A DNA stretch of 64,000 nt from Pseudomonadota bacterium (GTDB lineage Bacteria > Bdellovibrionota_B > Oligoflexia > Silvanigrellales > Silvanigrellaceae): contig JBDLRP010000021.1 in the NCBI GenBank assembly GCA_039799905.1, forward strand, positions 128,001-192,000. Reading direction: 5' to 3'. Below the pieces are notes generated by a model, which worked only from the letters and a program-made list of their open reading frames with translations, searched no databases and was not told the DNA's origin. The position numbers and the translations under genes were made by a program. Shown in pieces: positions 38,331 through 47,600 of the stretch (its first letter is position 1; every line of letters starts with the position of its first letter).

Positions 38331-39149
38331 GTGGCAAAACTGAAATCAGCTGAAGACATCCAAATGATGCGGGCCGCCGGTCGCCTTGCAGCAGAAACAC
38401 TGCGGCACGTTGGACAATTTGTTCGAGCCGGCATCTCGACCGAAGAAATCAACGCAATTGTGCACGATTATATCGTTGCACGCGGCGCATATCCGAGCCC
38501 TTTAAACTACAAGGGCTTTCCCAAATCAGTGTGCACCAGCATCAACGATGTCATCTGTCACGGCATTCCGCATCCCGATGTAAAACTCGCCGAGGGAGAC
38601 ATCATCAATATCGACGTTACTGTGACGTTGAACGGCTATTTTGGAGACACTTCACGCACATTTTACGTCGGTTCCGAAATTCCGGCCGAACGCAGGCTCG
38701 TGACGGAAACGTCATCAGAATCGTTGGCAAGGGCGCTCGCCGTCTGCCAACACGGCGTGCGAGTGGGCGACATTGGTCATGCCATTCAGAGTTTTGCCGA
38801 ATCCAAAGGCTGCAGCGTCGTGCGCGACTTTGTCGGACATGGGATCGGACGTGTGTTTCACGAAGAGCCCGCAATCACTCATTACGGACGTGAGGGTACC
38901 GGTTCGAAACTCGTGCGCGGAATGTGTTTCACAATTGAACCAATGATAAACGGCGGTGATTGGCGCAGCAAGGTTCTTAAAGATGGTTGGACGGCCGTCA
39001 CGCCGGACGGAAAACCAAGCGCACAATTTGAACATACCATTGCTCTTGTCGGCGACGGACTCGAAATTCTCACCGCCCTGCCCGACGATCCTATCGCCCT
39101 TCGCGCCCGTGAGCTTGGTGCAAAAATTCTTTGGCCAGAGCTTGTTTAA
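38331..39149 (+). CDS. map: Methionine aminopeptidase type I
   Basis: GFPKSVCTSINDVICHGIP, DIINIDVT, GDTSRT, GHGIG..FHEEP, FTIEPMIN, SAQFEHT. Confidence 0.97.
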   Translation: MAKLKSAEDIQMMRAAGRLAAETLRHVGQFVRAGISTEEINAIVHDYIVARGAYPSPLNYKGFPKSVCTSINDVICHGIPHPDVKLAEGDIINIDVTVTLNGYFGDTSRTFYVGSEIPAERRLVTETSSESLARALAVCQHGVRVGDIGHAIQSFAESKGCSVVRDFVGHGIGRVFHEEPAITHYGREGTGSKLVRGMCFTIEPMINGGDWRSKVLKDGWTAVTPDGKPSAQFEHTIALVGDGLEILTALPDDPIALRARELGAKILWPELV

Positions 39150-39228
39150 CTAGCTCTGCAGCCGGCCTTCCAACCTTACCGACTCATCAGAACACTGTGC
39201 TCGCGCACGAAGTGCAATCCAATTAAAA

Positions 39229-39264
39229 GTCTTTTGTCCTGACAAAACAACAAGGAGAAAAGAC
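39229..39264 (+). promoter_or_regulatory. Candidate RNA thermometer occluding the hsp20 Shine-Dalgarno sequence
   Basis: GTCTTTTGTCCT pairs 11 of 12 with AGGAGAAAAGAC (contains the SD), with a G-G mismatch inside the SD. Confidence 0.5.
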
Positions 39265-39816
39265 ATGAGCAACATAGATGTGTGGAGAAACCGCTCAATC
39301 GTTCCTTCGCGTTTTCTTGGTTCGCCGGTTTCATCGGGTTTTTTTCGCCGAATGGATAGGCTGCTTGAGGATTTCATGAATGAATTCTCAGAATTCGGAG
39401 TGCGCGAGGGTGCAATGCAATCTTATGAACCACCATGCGATCTCATCGAAGGTGACAACGAATATCACATCTGCATCGACCTTCCCGGCATGCACGCCAA
39501 AGACGTCAACGTCGAAGTGACGGGAAACACAATCATCGTTTCAGGCGAGCGCAAATCGGAGCGAAAAGGGGAGCGCGCGGGAGCGCAATACCACGAAAGG
39601 CGAGTCGGTTCTTTTGAGCGAAGAATTTCTCTACCTGAACATATCAACAGCGAGAAAATACAAGCGCACTTCGAAGCGGGCGTATTGACACTCAATTTGC
39701 CCAAGAGCGGTCAGGCACAGAAAAAGAAAATTAATATTATCGAATCAGCGCACACTGGAGAAATAAAAATCGAAGGCAAAAAAGAGACCGCCGGAGAACA
39801 CAAAAAATCCGCGTAG
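39265..39816 (+). CDS. Hsp20/alpha-crystallin small heat shock protein
   Basis: DLPGM..DVNVEV..VSGERK..ERRVGSFERRISLP..AHFEAGVLTLNLPK. Confidence 0.95.
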   Translation: MSNIDVWRNRSIVPSRFLGSPVSSGFFRRMDRLLEDFMNEFSEFGVREGAMQSYEPPCDLIEGDNEYHICIDLPGMHAKDVNVEVTGNTIIVSGERKSERKGERAGAQYHERRVGSFERRISLPEHINSEKIQAHFEAGVLTLNLPKSGQAQKKKINIIESAHTGEIKIEGKKETAGEHKKSA

Positions 39817-39832
39817 CGCAGGGAGGTCGAAA

Positions 39833-40339
39833 ATGGCAGGGCTACTCCGTCAGCAAAAGACTATTGTGGTTGCAGCTTTCCTTTTCTCGTCGTGCGCCAC
39901 CGTAACAGCTAGCCCAGCCGCACCGCAGGGGCCGTCGATGATGGGCGGCTGGCACTACCGCGGCGCCTACGGGCAAATGTACTTCACTGGGAAAGACGTC
40001 ACCCTGCAGGGAACAGTTGTAGAAACAAATGAATTCGTTCCGCGTCCGCGCATGATGCGCGGACGACAGATCATACTGCAAACAACAGACGGCAAAATTA
40101 ATGTTCACTTGGGACCCGAGTGGTACGTGCGTGAGCAAGACTTCAAACTCAAGACGGGTGAACGGGCGGAGATCCGGGGTAAATTGATTGGCGAAGGCGC
40201 GGCGGCATTCGTGGTCGCTTCGCAAGTCAGTCAGGGAGGACAAACGTGGGTCCTGCGCGACAGTGAAGGAATTCCATTTTGGTGCGCGATGCGGGGTTCA
40301 ATGCCCCCAACGGAGGCAACGCCAAAACCGGTAAAATGA
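39833..40339 (+). CDS. Exported OB-fold-like protein (VHLGP..Y / LRD..G.P.W family)
   Basis: GGAGG RBS, lipoprotein-like signal (FSS-C), conserved-looking INVHLGPEWY and LRDSEGIPFW motifs. Confidence 0.6.
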   Translation: MAGLLRQQKTIVVAAFLFSSCATVTASPAAPQGPSMMGGWHYRGAYGQMYFTGKDVTLQGTVVETNEFVPRPRMMRGRQIILQTTDGKINVHLGPEWYVREQDFKLKTGERAEIRGKLIGEGAAAFVVASQVSQGGQTWVLRDSEGIPFWCAMRGSMPPTEATPKPVK

Positions 40340-40491
40340 AAATTTTGTAAATGATTTGTGAAACTTGTTATCTGATATAAGTATTACAAAAATACCGTAT
40401 TGACGGGGCTTATACGGTTTGATACTCCACCGTCCGGCTGTTAAAAGTGTGTCGCCAAGACACTCATTTATTGAACGACCGGAGGTTTTGC

Positions 40492-41757
40492 ATGTTTTCA
40501 TGGCGCCCGAGTTCCGTGTCCCAGATCCGCAAGCCTCTGCTTCTTGCTTTAGGAACTGCACTTCTGACAGCAACGCCAGCTCTGGCACGCAACCGCGGAC
40601 ACGGCAGAGGCCCTTCCGCACCCCATGCGGGCGCGACAACGCCCAGAACTCCCTCGTCATCGAATCCATCTGCCGCAGTGAATGCACAAGGATGCAGTGC
40701 ACAGGGCGTTGTGAATATCGCAACCTACAACGTTGAAAATTTCTGGGATGACGTCGATTCGAATTCAGGTACTGCTACCTACAACGAGTACCAAAAAGGC
40801 GGATCCAACTGGTACGCCGAACAAATGTACAAAGTGAAAGCGCAGAAACTTGTTGATGCACTGCGTATGGCGGGAACTCCTGATGTCGTCGCGATGCAGG
40901 AAATCGAAAGTGCCAACAACTCAAGCCGTTCACTTGAAATACTTAAGCCATACGCTGAATCCCTTGGATACAAATACTTTGCACTTGGACAGCAAAACTC
41001 CAAGCAGCCTGTGTCCGTGACGACTGCGGTGATGAGCAAATTTCCAATCACAGAGAATCGCAGTCTCGATTTCAGCGTCCGCGAAAGTCAATTCTCCGGC
41101 TCCGGCCGCGAATCGGAATCTGTCGATGAACTCAACTCCTCTGCACGCGATCCGCAGGTTGTGACTATCGACATCCACGGCAAACCGCTGCGCCTTTACA
41201 CCGCTCACTGGAAGAGCCGTCGCGGCGATCAGAGCATAGGCAACACGATGCGTATGGCCGTTGCCCAACTCATCAAAGCGGATGTTGATGCGCAAAGAGA
41301 GAAAAATCCTGAGCTCGATATCCTCGTAATGGGTGACTTCAACTCAGACTACAACGAATCACCCTTGCAGGACGGAATGAATTCGAGCGACGACAAGAAC
41401 AACATCCGCCAAGACGCAGCAAGCGACAAAATGTACAACCTTTGGTTTGAACTACCGTCCGCAGAGCGCTGCTCCTACATGCACGACGGGCAGTTGCAAT
41501 GCCTCGACCACATGCTGACCAGTGCCAGCCTGTTTGACGGCAAAGGCATCGACCTCATCGAAAACAGTTTCCACGTTGTCGGCCACAATGGCGGCGAAGC
41601 TGCTCAAAAACTTTTGCGCAACGACGGCCGCACTCCAAACCGCTGGGGAATGCAAAAGAACAGCGGCAAGAGTTACTTCACCGGCACCGGATATTCGGAT
41701 CATCTGCCGCTGATGGCCTCTTTCAAGCTGCCCAGCCTTTGTAAACCGACGCGTTAA
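40492..41757 (+). CDS. Secreted endonuclease/exonuclease/phosphatase (EEP) family protein
   Basis: GGAGG RBS, signal peptide, ATYNVEN, AMQEIE, HWKSRRG, MGDFN, LDHML, GYSDHLP. Confidence 0.92.
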   Translation: MFSWRPSSVSQIRKPLLLALGTALLTATPALARNRGHGRGPSAPHAGATTPRTPSSSNPSAAVNAQGCSAQGVVNIATYNVENFWDDVDSNSGTATYNEYQKGGSNWYAEQMYKVKAQKLVDALRMAGTPDVVAMQEIESANNSSRSLEILKPYAESLGYKYFALGQQNSKQPVSVTTAVMSKFPITENRSLDFSVRESQFSGSGRESESVDELNSSARDPQVVTIDIHGKPLRLYTAHWKSRRGDQSIGNTMRMAVAQLIKADVDAQREKNPELDILVMGDFNSDYNESPLQDGMNSSDDKNNIRQDAASDKMYNLWFELPSAERCSYMHDGQLQCLDHMLTSASLFDGKGIDLIENSFHVVGHNGGEAAQKLLRNDGRTPNRWGMQKNSGKSYFTGTGYSDHLPLMASFKLPSLCKPTR

Positions 41758-41912
41758 TTTTCCCCGAACTGCACACTGGCTTGGACTTTCACGCACGGCA
41801 GGAGTATGTGTTCCCGTAAGGGGATTGCGCTCCTGCCATTGCCTATGTCACCAATCTAAAGCGTATTGCACACCCGCAAGATTGCCTGACAGCTGCGCAA
41901 AGGAGAATGACC

Positions 41913-42104
41913 ATGCGCAAAAAACCCCGAAAGATTGCCGCCCGCAAAAGAAGAAAACGCGAGCGCTACACGGACGACGAAACGACCGGATCCGATTCGC
42001 TGGAAAAACTGCCGCCCATCGACCGTCGGGACATACCGTCGCCCAATGACCCCGGAGTTGCGCATTGTCCGAAAACCATGAACTTGAATTGCTCAATCGC
42101 ATAG
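41913..42104 (+). CDS. Small protein with a highly basic N-terminus (63 aa)
   Basis: AAGGAG 7 nt before the ATG; MRKKPRKIAARKRRKRER; no recognised homology; overlaps the next ORF by 40 nt. Confidence 0.4.
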   Translation: MRKKPRKIAARKRRKRERYTDDETTGSDSLEKLPPIDRRDIPSPNDPGVAHCPKTMNLNCSIA

Positions 42105-42310
42105 AGGTCAGAGACCAACGGAATTGCCCGTGCGGGCATGATTTCCGCGACCACATGGTCAGCCAGGTCGGAGAATACACCCGTTGGGGATGGTTCTGGG
42201 TGCTTTTTGGAGTCACGACGGAGCCGGTGAGGGTCAGATTTGTTTGCAGACGCTGTCAGACTACGGTCGGACTGAGCGACGATCCGCGCGTATTGCGCCG
42301 CGACGTCTGA
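42065..42310 (+). CDS. Small Zn-ribbon protein with an internal hydrophobic segment
   Basis: GGAG RBS and TTG start; CPCGH and CRRC flanking WGWFWVLFGV. Confidence 0.7.
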   Translation: MSENHELELLNRIEVRDQRNCPCGHDFRDHMVSQVGEYTRWGWFWVLFGVTTEPVRVRFVCRRCQTTVGLSDDPRVLRRDV

Positions 42311-42332
42311 TCTGAAGCCAAGATGCTGAGAC

Positions 42333-43868
42333 TCAGATTTTTCCTTCACGTGCTGCTGCTTTGAGCTCTTGTGCGCGCGCCCTGATTTGCTCCTGCTCGG
42401 CCGGAGTCTTCTTGTTCCAAACGCTCCACATCATTCCCATCCGGCGTGCAAACGAAGGTCTGCTCACTTTCAACTTCTGAGTCTCGTCGATGAAGCTCCA
42501 ATAAAGTGCATTGAACGGACACGCCCTGTCGCCAAGAGTCTGCTTGGGATCGTAACTACAAGAATGACAATAATTGCTCATTTTATTTATGTAGTTTGCA
42601 CCTGATACGTATGGTTTTGTAGCAAAGACACCGCCATCTGCGAACTGGCTCATGCCCAAGACATTGGGACTGACGACCCACTCATATGCATCCAGATAGA
42701 CAGACCAGAACCATTTGTTGACTTCATGCGGATTGGTGCTTGTCAGCAGGGCAAAGTTTCCCAGCACCATGAGCCGTGGAATATGGTGCGAATACGCTGT
42801 TTCCCTGACCTGCCGCACCACCGTCGACAAACAATTGAGCTTGCTTGGTGCGCCCCAGTAAAGCGGAGGTAGTGTCCCCGCAAAACCAAAAAAGTTGCTT
42901 TCTACGTATTCTTTACGATGGCGGATATAAATAAGCCTGACGAATTCCCGCCAGCCAATAACCTGCCGTATGAAACCTTCACGCGACGACATTTCGACTT
43001 TTGCTGGAGCAGCAGCTGCCGCATCGACAATTTCGCGCGCGGAAAGGATCTGCAGATTCATAATCGCAGACAGTCCCGAATGAAATAAACCGACGGATTG
43101 TTCAAGCATGGCGTCTTCATATGGACCGAATTTTTCCAAACTTCGCGCGACAAAATTTTGCAAAAATTTTCGCGCTGAAGCTCTATGAGTCGGCAAAGGC
43201 GGAATCTCAAAATCCCCGAAGCGATCGGACGGCAGGTGATTTTTAAGCATCCGAGAAACTTCGTCGTAGATCGTGCGATCGGTGTCATCCAGCCAGTTTT
43301 CACTGAAAAAATCGGCGGGCGGACTTTGCTCCCAACGCTTGTCAGGGGCAAGGCGGTTGTCTTTGTCGAAATTCCATTGCCCGCCGGCTGGCTCTCCGTC
43401 CTCCATAAGAACATCCAGCCTGACTCTCATTTTGCGGTAAAAATTTTCCATCAGATAAGGCGGCTTCGCCGGCAAAAGTGAATCATCGGCAAGGAAGAAA
43501 GGATTGGCATGAAGAACAATCTTTGCCTCAAGACCCGCCGAAATCCACTCCAGAGCGCGCGGTTCTGAAGGCTCGACCAGATGAATCTCTGACGCTTTTT
43601 GGTCGTTCAACACCGAGGTGAACGACTCATCCGAACCCGAAACGTAAACAAACGGCCGCTGCGGATCAGATTTTTGCAATTCGTGCGAAAAACGACGCAT
43701 GCAGGCAAAGACGTAGAGCAGCTTTTGCGGATGATATGGCAGCCAATCCGCGCGCGGCAATGATTCAATCATCATCAGAGTTTCATTCTTCTGCCAACTT
43801 TTTCTGCGCAGAAACGGATGATCTTCACTGAGCTGATCTCCGAGAATCAAAAATATTTTTTTATCCAT
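42333..43868 (-). CDS. Cryptochrome/photolyase, FeS-BCP (PhrB-like) type
   Basis: LILGDQL, MENFYRKMR, GGQWNFDKDNR, FGPYEDAM, HHIPRLM, TKPYVSGANYINKMSNYCHSC..CPFN with four FeS Cys. Confidence 0.93.
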   Translation of the reverse strand: MDKKIFLILGDQLSEDHPFLRRKSWQKNETLMMIESLPRADWLPYHPQKLLYVFACMRRFSHELQKSDPQRPFVYVSGSDESFTSVLNDQKASEIHLVEPSEPRALEWISAGLEAKIVLHANPFFLADDSLLPAKPPYLMENFYRKMRVRLDVLMEDGEPAGGQWNFDKDNRLAPDKRWEQSPPADFFSENWLDDTDRTIYDEVSRMLKNHLPSDRFGDFEIPPLPTHRASARKFLQNFVARSLEKFGPYEDAMLEQSVGLFHSGLSAIMNLQILSAREIVDAAAAAPAKVEMSSREGFIRQVIGWREFVRLIYIRHRKEYVESNFFGFAGTLPPLYWGAPSKLNCLSTVVRQVRETAYSHHIPRLMVLGNFALLTSTNPHEVNKWFWSVYLDAYEWVVSPNVLGMSQFADGGVFATKPYVSGANYINKMSNYCHSCSYDPKQTLGDRACPFNALYWSFIDETQKLKVSRPSFARRMGMMWSVWNKKTPAEQEQIRARAQELKAAAREGKI

Positions 43869-44034
43869 CGCGAACTCCCTCTGCGGCAATTCATTTTCAG
43901 ACCAATATCCTCACAGATTCATCCATTAATGAAAGGTAAAGCCTCTCTGATGGCGGACATTTAACCTCAGTCGTAGCATGCGGACTGTGACTGAAAATAT
44001 CCGCACGACCGATCAAAATGAGGAGGACTCACAT

Positions 44035-44442
44035 ATGACAAGCGAACAGGAAGCAACTGAACACAAATCGGAAGATTCTCCAAAACGCCCTGCGGGAAAA
44101 ATGACCGTTGAGGAGGCCGGCAGACGCGGAGGCGTACGAACGGCGCAAACACGCGGGCACGAGTTTTACCAGTCCATCGGCCGCAAGGGTGGCGAGGTTG
44201 TCAGCAAGGACCGACAGCATATGTCCTCGATTGGCCGAAAAGGCGGTGAGGCGGTGAGTCGCGACAGAGCGCACATGGCGCAAATCGGGCAAAAGGGGGG
44301 AGAGGCGCGGAGCAAGCATTACAAAGCTCTTCAGATGGAAAAAAAGAAACAACAGAGTCCTATTTCTGGCCAGACAACCAGCGAATCTCCCGATGCTACA
44401 GGCTTCAGCAAGAGCAGTTCAGAACAAGAAAAGGCTGGCTGA
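44035..44442 (+). CDS. KGG-motif general stress protein (GsiB/YciG/Con-10-like)
   Basis: GAGGAGG RBS; GKMTVEEAGRRGG, HEFYQSIGRKGGE and repeated IGxKGGE. Confidence 0.9.
   Translation: MTSEQEATEHKSEDSPKRPAGKMTVEEAGRRGGVRTAQTRGHEFYQSIGRKGGEVVSKDRQHMSSIGRKGGEAVSRDRAHMAQIGQKGGEARSKHYKALQMEKKKQQSPISGQTTSESPDATGFSKSSSEQEKAG
44170..44307 (+). repeat. About 2.5 tandem 54-nt (18-aa) KGG repeats
   Basis: QSIGRKGGEVVSKDRQHM / SSIGRKGGEAVSRDRAHM / AQIGQKGGEA. Confidence 0.85.
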
Positions 44443-44500
44443 CGTAGGTTTGACACGGGTGCCCAGCCTTCGTGCGATCAGTGCCATTTTAAGGACTTTC

Positions 44501-44547
44501 CCGGTCGCAGAGCAGATTCTGCGACGGCTTTGAGTTTTGCAGTTTTT
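44501..44547 (+). terminator. Possible terminator after the KGG gene
   Basis: 8-bp stem GTCGCAGA/TCTGCGAC followed by an interrupted T-rich tract. Confidence 0.45.
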
Positions 44548-44645
44548 CCGCCTTTGCGTTAAGTTCCAGCGCGGTCGGCGGCCACTTTTTTGCTGCCCTC
44601 CGCAAAGAACAGACGGACAACCGGCAAAGGTGGAGATTTTCTCTC

Positions 44646-47600
44646 ATGGCGACTGCAGCAACTCCTTCGAAGGCATGGCTCAGCGAAGTTGAGCTTCTCG
44701 ATACGACTCTCGAAAAACCAGACCTCAGCACTTCGGCACTCGCAAAGTCTGTGACGGACGCTGCAAGTGCCAATGGCGTGCAAAGCGCAATTCAGCAGGA
44801 CCTGATGACCACTCTGCGTGCCGGTCTCGATACGGCAGTTCCATGGTTCCTGAGCCAGATGCCACCTCTTTACCAATGGATCACACCCCGTGAAGAAAGA
44901 CTCGAACACCTGACCGAAATCGTGTCCGGAAAAGTACTCTCACACGGTCAGGAAGTTGAGCGCTGGAACAGCCAAACTCAAAGCTCCACGATTATCGCCG
45001 GCGGCGACAACGGCAACGCCGCGCTCACACTGGCTCCGCGCCTCGGTCGGGTTCAGGCGAAATTCGTGTCGTATTTCCTGTCGCTGGACAAGCGCGTCGC
45101 CGTCTGTTCAACAGTTCAATCCGCGTACAAAATGGGTGCAAACTGGAGCAGCGCCGACAAGCAGCAAGAAAAGACCTCCATTTTGCAAATGCTCTCGCTG
45201 AAGCCGTCGGCAGAGGTAGAAAACTATCTCAACTCGATTGACGCCGACCTGCTCGACCGCACAACCGCAAAGATGCTCGCAATTGGTTTCTCTGCAGTGA
45301 AATATTGTCAGGAGAATGAAAACGCGTACGTCAATCTAACCACGCTTGATGAACCGAACGACGTGAGTTTCCGCGTCGACATCGGACTTAAGGGCTTTCC
45401 GCTGACAGCAGGGCTCGAAAACGTTGTCGGAATTCTCAACCGCTATAACTTCAATGTGCGCCGCTCACTCGGTTTTGAAGTCAAATATGCGGACGGCCAG
45501 CAATTCGCCATCCTGCAGTTGGTGGCAGCGGCTAACTCGGGCGAAAAAGTGAACCCGAACGCAACACCGTGGGGCCGTGTGCTGAAAGCACTCAAGGCAC
45601 TCAACTATGTGGACCACGGCGATGAATTTTCATCGCTGATGCAAGGCAGCAACCCACGCAGCCTGAATGAGTCCAACCTCATCCGCGCGATTGCAAATTG
45701 GTCACACATCTTCCTGACCAAAGTGAATCCCTACTACTACGCCCTCGACCGTGTCTCGAAAATCATCGTTCGCAATGATGCATATATGGAACAATGCATC
45801 CGCTATTTCCGTGCACGTTTTGATCCTCGATTTGACGGCGACCGCAAGAACCGCGCGGCCGAAACCTCACGCATCATCGAAGGAATGCTGGTCGATGTTC
45901 AGGACGACGTGGAAAGAAACATCCTCCGCGAAGGTTTCAACTTCATCCAGAACATCCTCAAGACGAACTACTTCCTTGTTTCCAAAGGCGGCCTTTCTTT
46001 CCGTGTCGACCCCAAGTGCCTGAACAAGGAATTCTATCCTGACGCGCCCTACGGGATATTTTACATGATTGGCCGCGACTTCCGCGGCTTCCAAGTTCGC
46101 TATCGCGACATCGCACGCGGCGGCGTGCGCGTTGTGATGCCACGCAACGCGGCGGACTACGACAACGCACTCGCAGGCGTCTTTGATGAAGTGAACGGCC
46201 TGGCGTCTGCGCAGCAGATGAAGAACAAGGACATTCCCGAGGGCGGTTCGAAAGCCGTTCTTGTCGTGCGTCCCGGCGGCAACCGCCATCTTGCAGTCAA
46301 AGCCGCTGTCTCGGGTCTTCTTGACCTCATTACGCTCGATGCCAAAACTGGCAAACTGGCTGACGGAATCATCGACTACTTCGGGCAGGAAGAGATCATT
46401 TATCTTGGCCCTGACGAAAACATGACCGATGACCTCATCGTCTGGGTCATCGAACACGCGCTTTACCGCGGCTACAAGTACGCTTATGCGTTCATGTCCA
46501 GCAAGCCCGACTTCGGTATCAACCACAAGACCTACGGTGTGACGTCCGAAGGACTCAACGTTTATCTCGACAACGTGCTGCACTACCTCAAGCTCAACTC
46601 TCCGCAGTCGACGTTCCGAGTGAAAATGACCGGCGGCCCCGATGGCGACGTGGCAGGGAACGAACTCAAGATTCTTCACCGCGAGTATGGTGAACGTGCA
46701 CGCGTTGTTGCAGTTGGGGACGGGTTCGGAGCGGCGTTTGATCCCAACGGCCTCAGCTGGGAAGAACTCCTCAGGCTGGTCCGTGAAAACAAGTCGATCG
46801 TTGAGTTCAGTAAGGCAAAGCTGAGCGGAGACGCGAAGGCATTCGTCATCTCAGCTGATTCCAAGGAAAACATAAAAGTCCGAGACAATCTTTATGCCAA
46901 CGTCGAAGCGGAAATCTTCATTCCCGCCGGCGGACGCCCCTACACCGTCAAAGACTCAAACTGGCAGCGCTATTTGAAGGCTGACGGCAGCCCAAGTTCT
47001 CTGGCGATTGTCGAAGGCGCCAACATCTTCTTCACCGCAGATGCCCGCAAGAAACTCGTGCAAAGCGGCGTTGTCGTGATCAAGGACAGCTCGGCCAACA
47101 AGACAGGTGTGATTTGCTCGTCGTACGAAATTATTGCCTGCCTGACTCTGTCACCTGAAGAGTTCGCCGCCATCAAGACCACCTATGTGGATCAGGTTGT
47201 GCAAATTCTTCGTGAAAAAGCCGACAAAGAAGCAAAACTCTTGTTCAGGGAATGGATGCTGCGTGCAAGTGAAACCAACCTTGTCGACTTGAGCTATGAG
47301 GTTTCGGCAGAGATCAACAAGGCGAAGGATATCACCCGCGAACGGCTCAACCGTCTGTCAGACGCCGAGCTTTCGGCAGAGCGTTTCAACTTTATTTTGT
47401 ACCAACACTGCCCGCAGATTCTCGTCGAAAAATATCGTGACAGAATTGTTTCCCGTCTGCCGCGTGCGCACAAAATCGCCATCATGAGCGCATACATGGC
47501 GAGCCACCTTATTTACAAAGAAGGGCTCTCACTGCTCGAAACTCTCGAACCGGAACAGGTCTACAAACTCGCACTCGAGTATATCGATGCGGAACAGGCC

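Noticed and set aside
39192..39218. CIRCE-like CACT...AGTG symmetry upstream of hsp20
   Set aside because: Arm spacing is 14 nt rather than the 11 nt required by TTAGCACTC-N9-GAGTGCTAA, and the arms match poorly
41913..42310. Programmed -1 frameshift joining the basic microprotein to the Zn-ribbon ORF at the A6 run
   Set aside because: The -1 frame hits a stop at 42047-42049 before reaching the Zn-ribbon ORF
45867..46679. 270-aa antisense ORF, and similar ones at 22165-22929, 29716-30453, 31232-32053 and 19139-19897
   Set aside because: All mirror well-supported genes on the other strand and show no protein-like motifs
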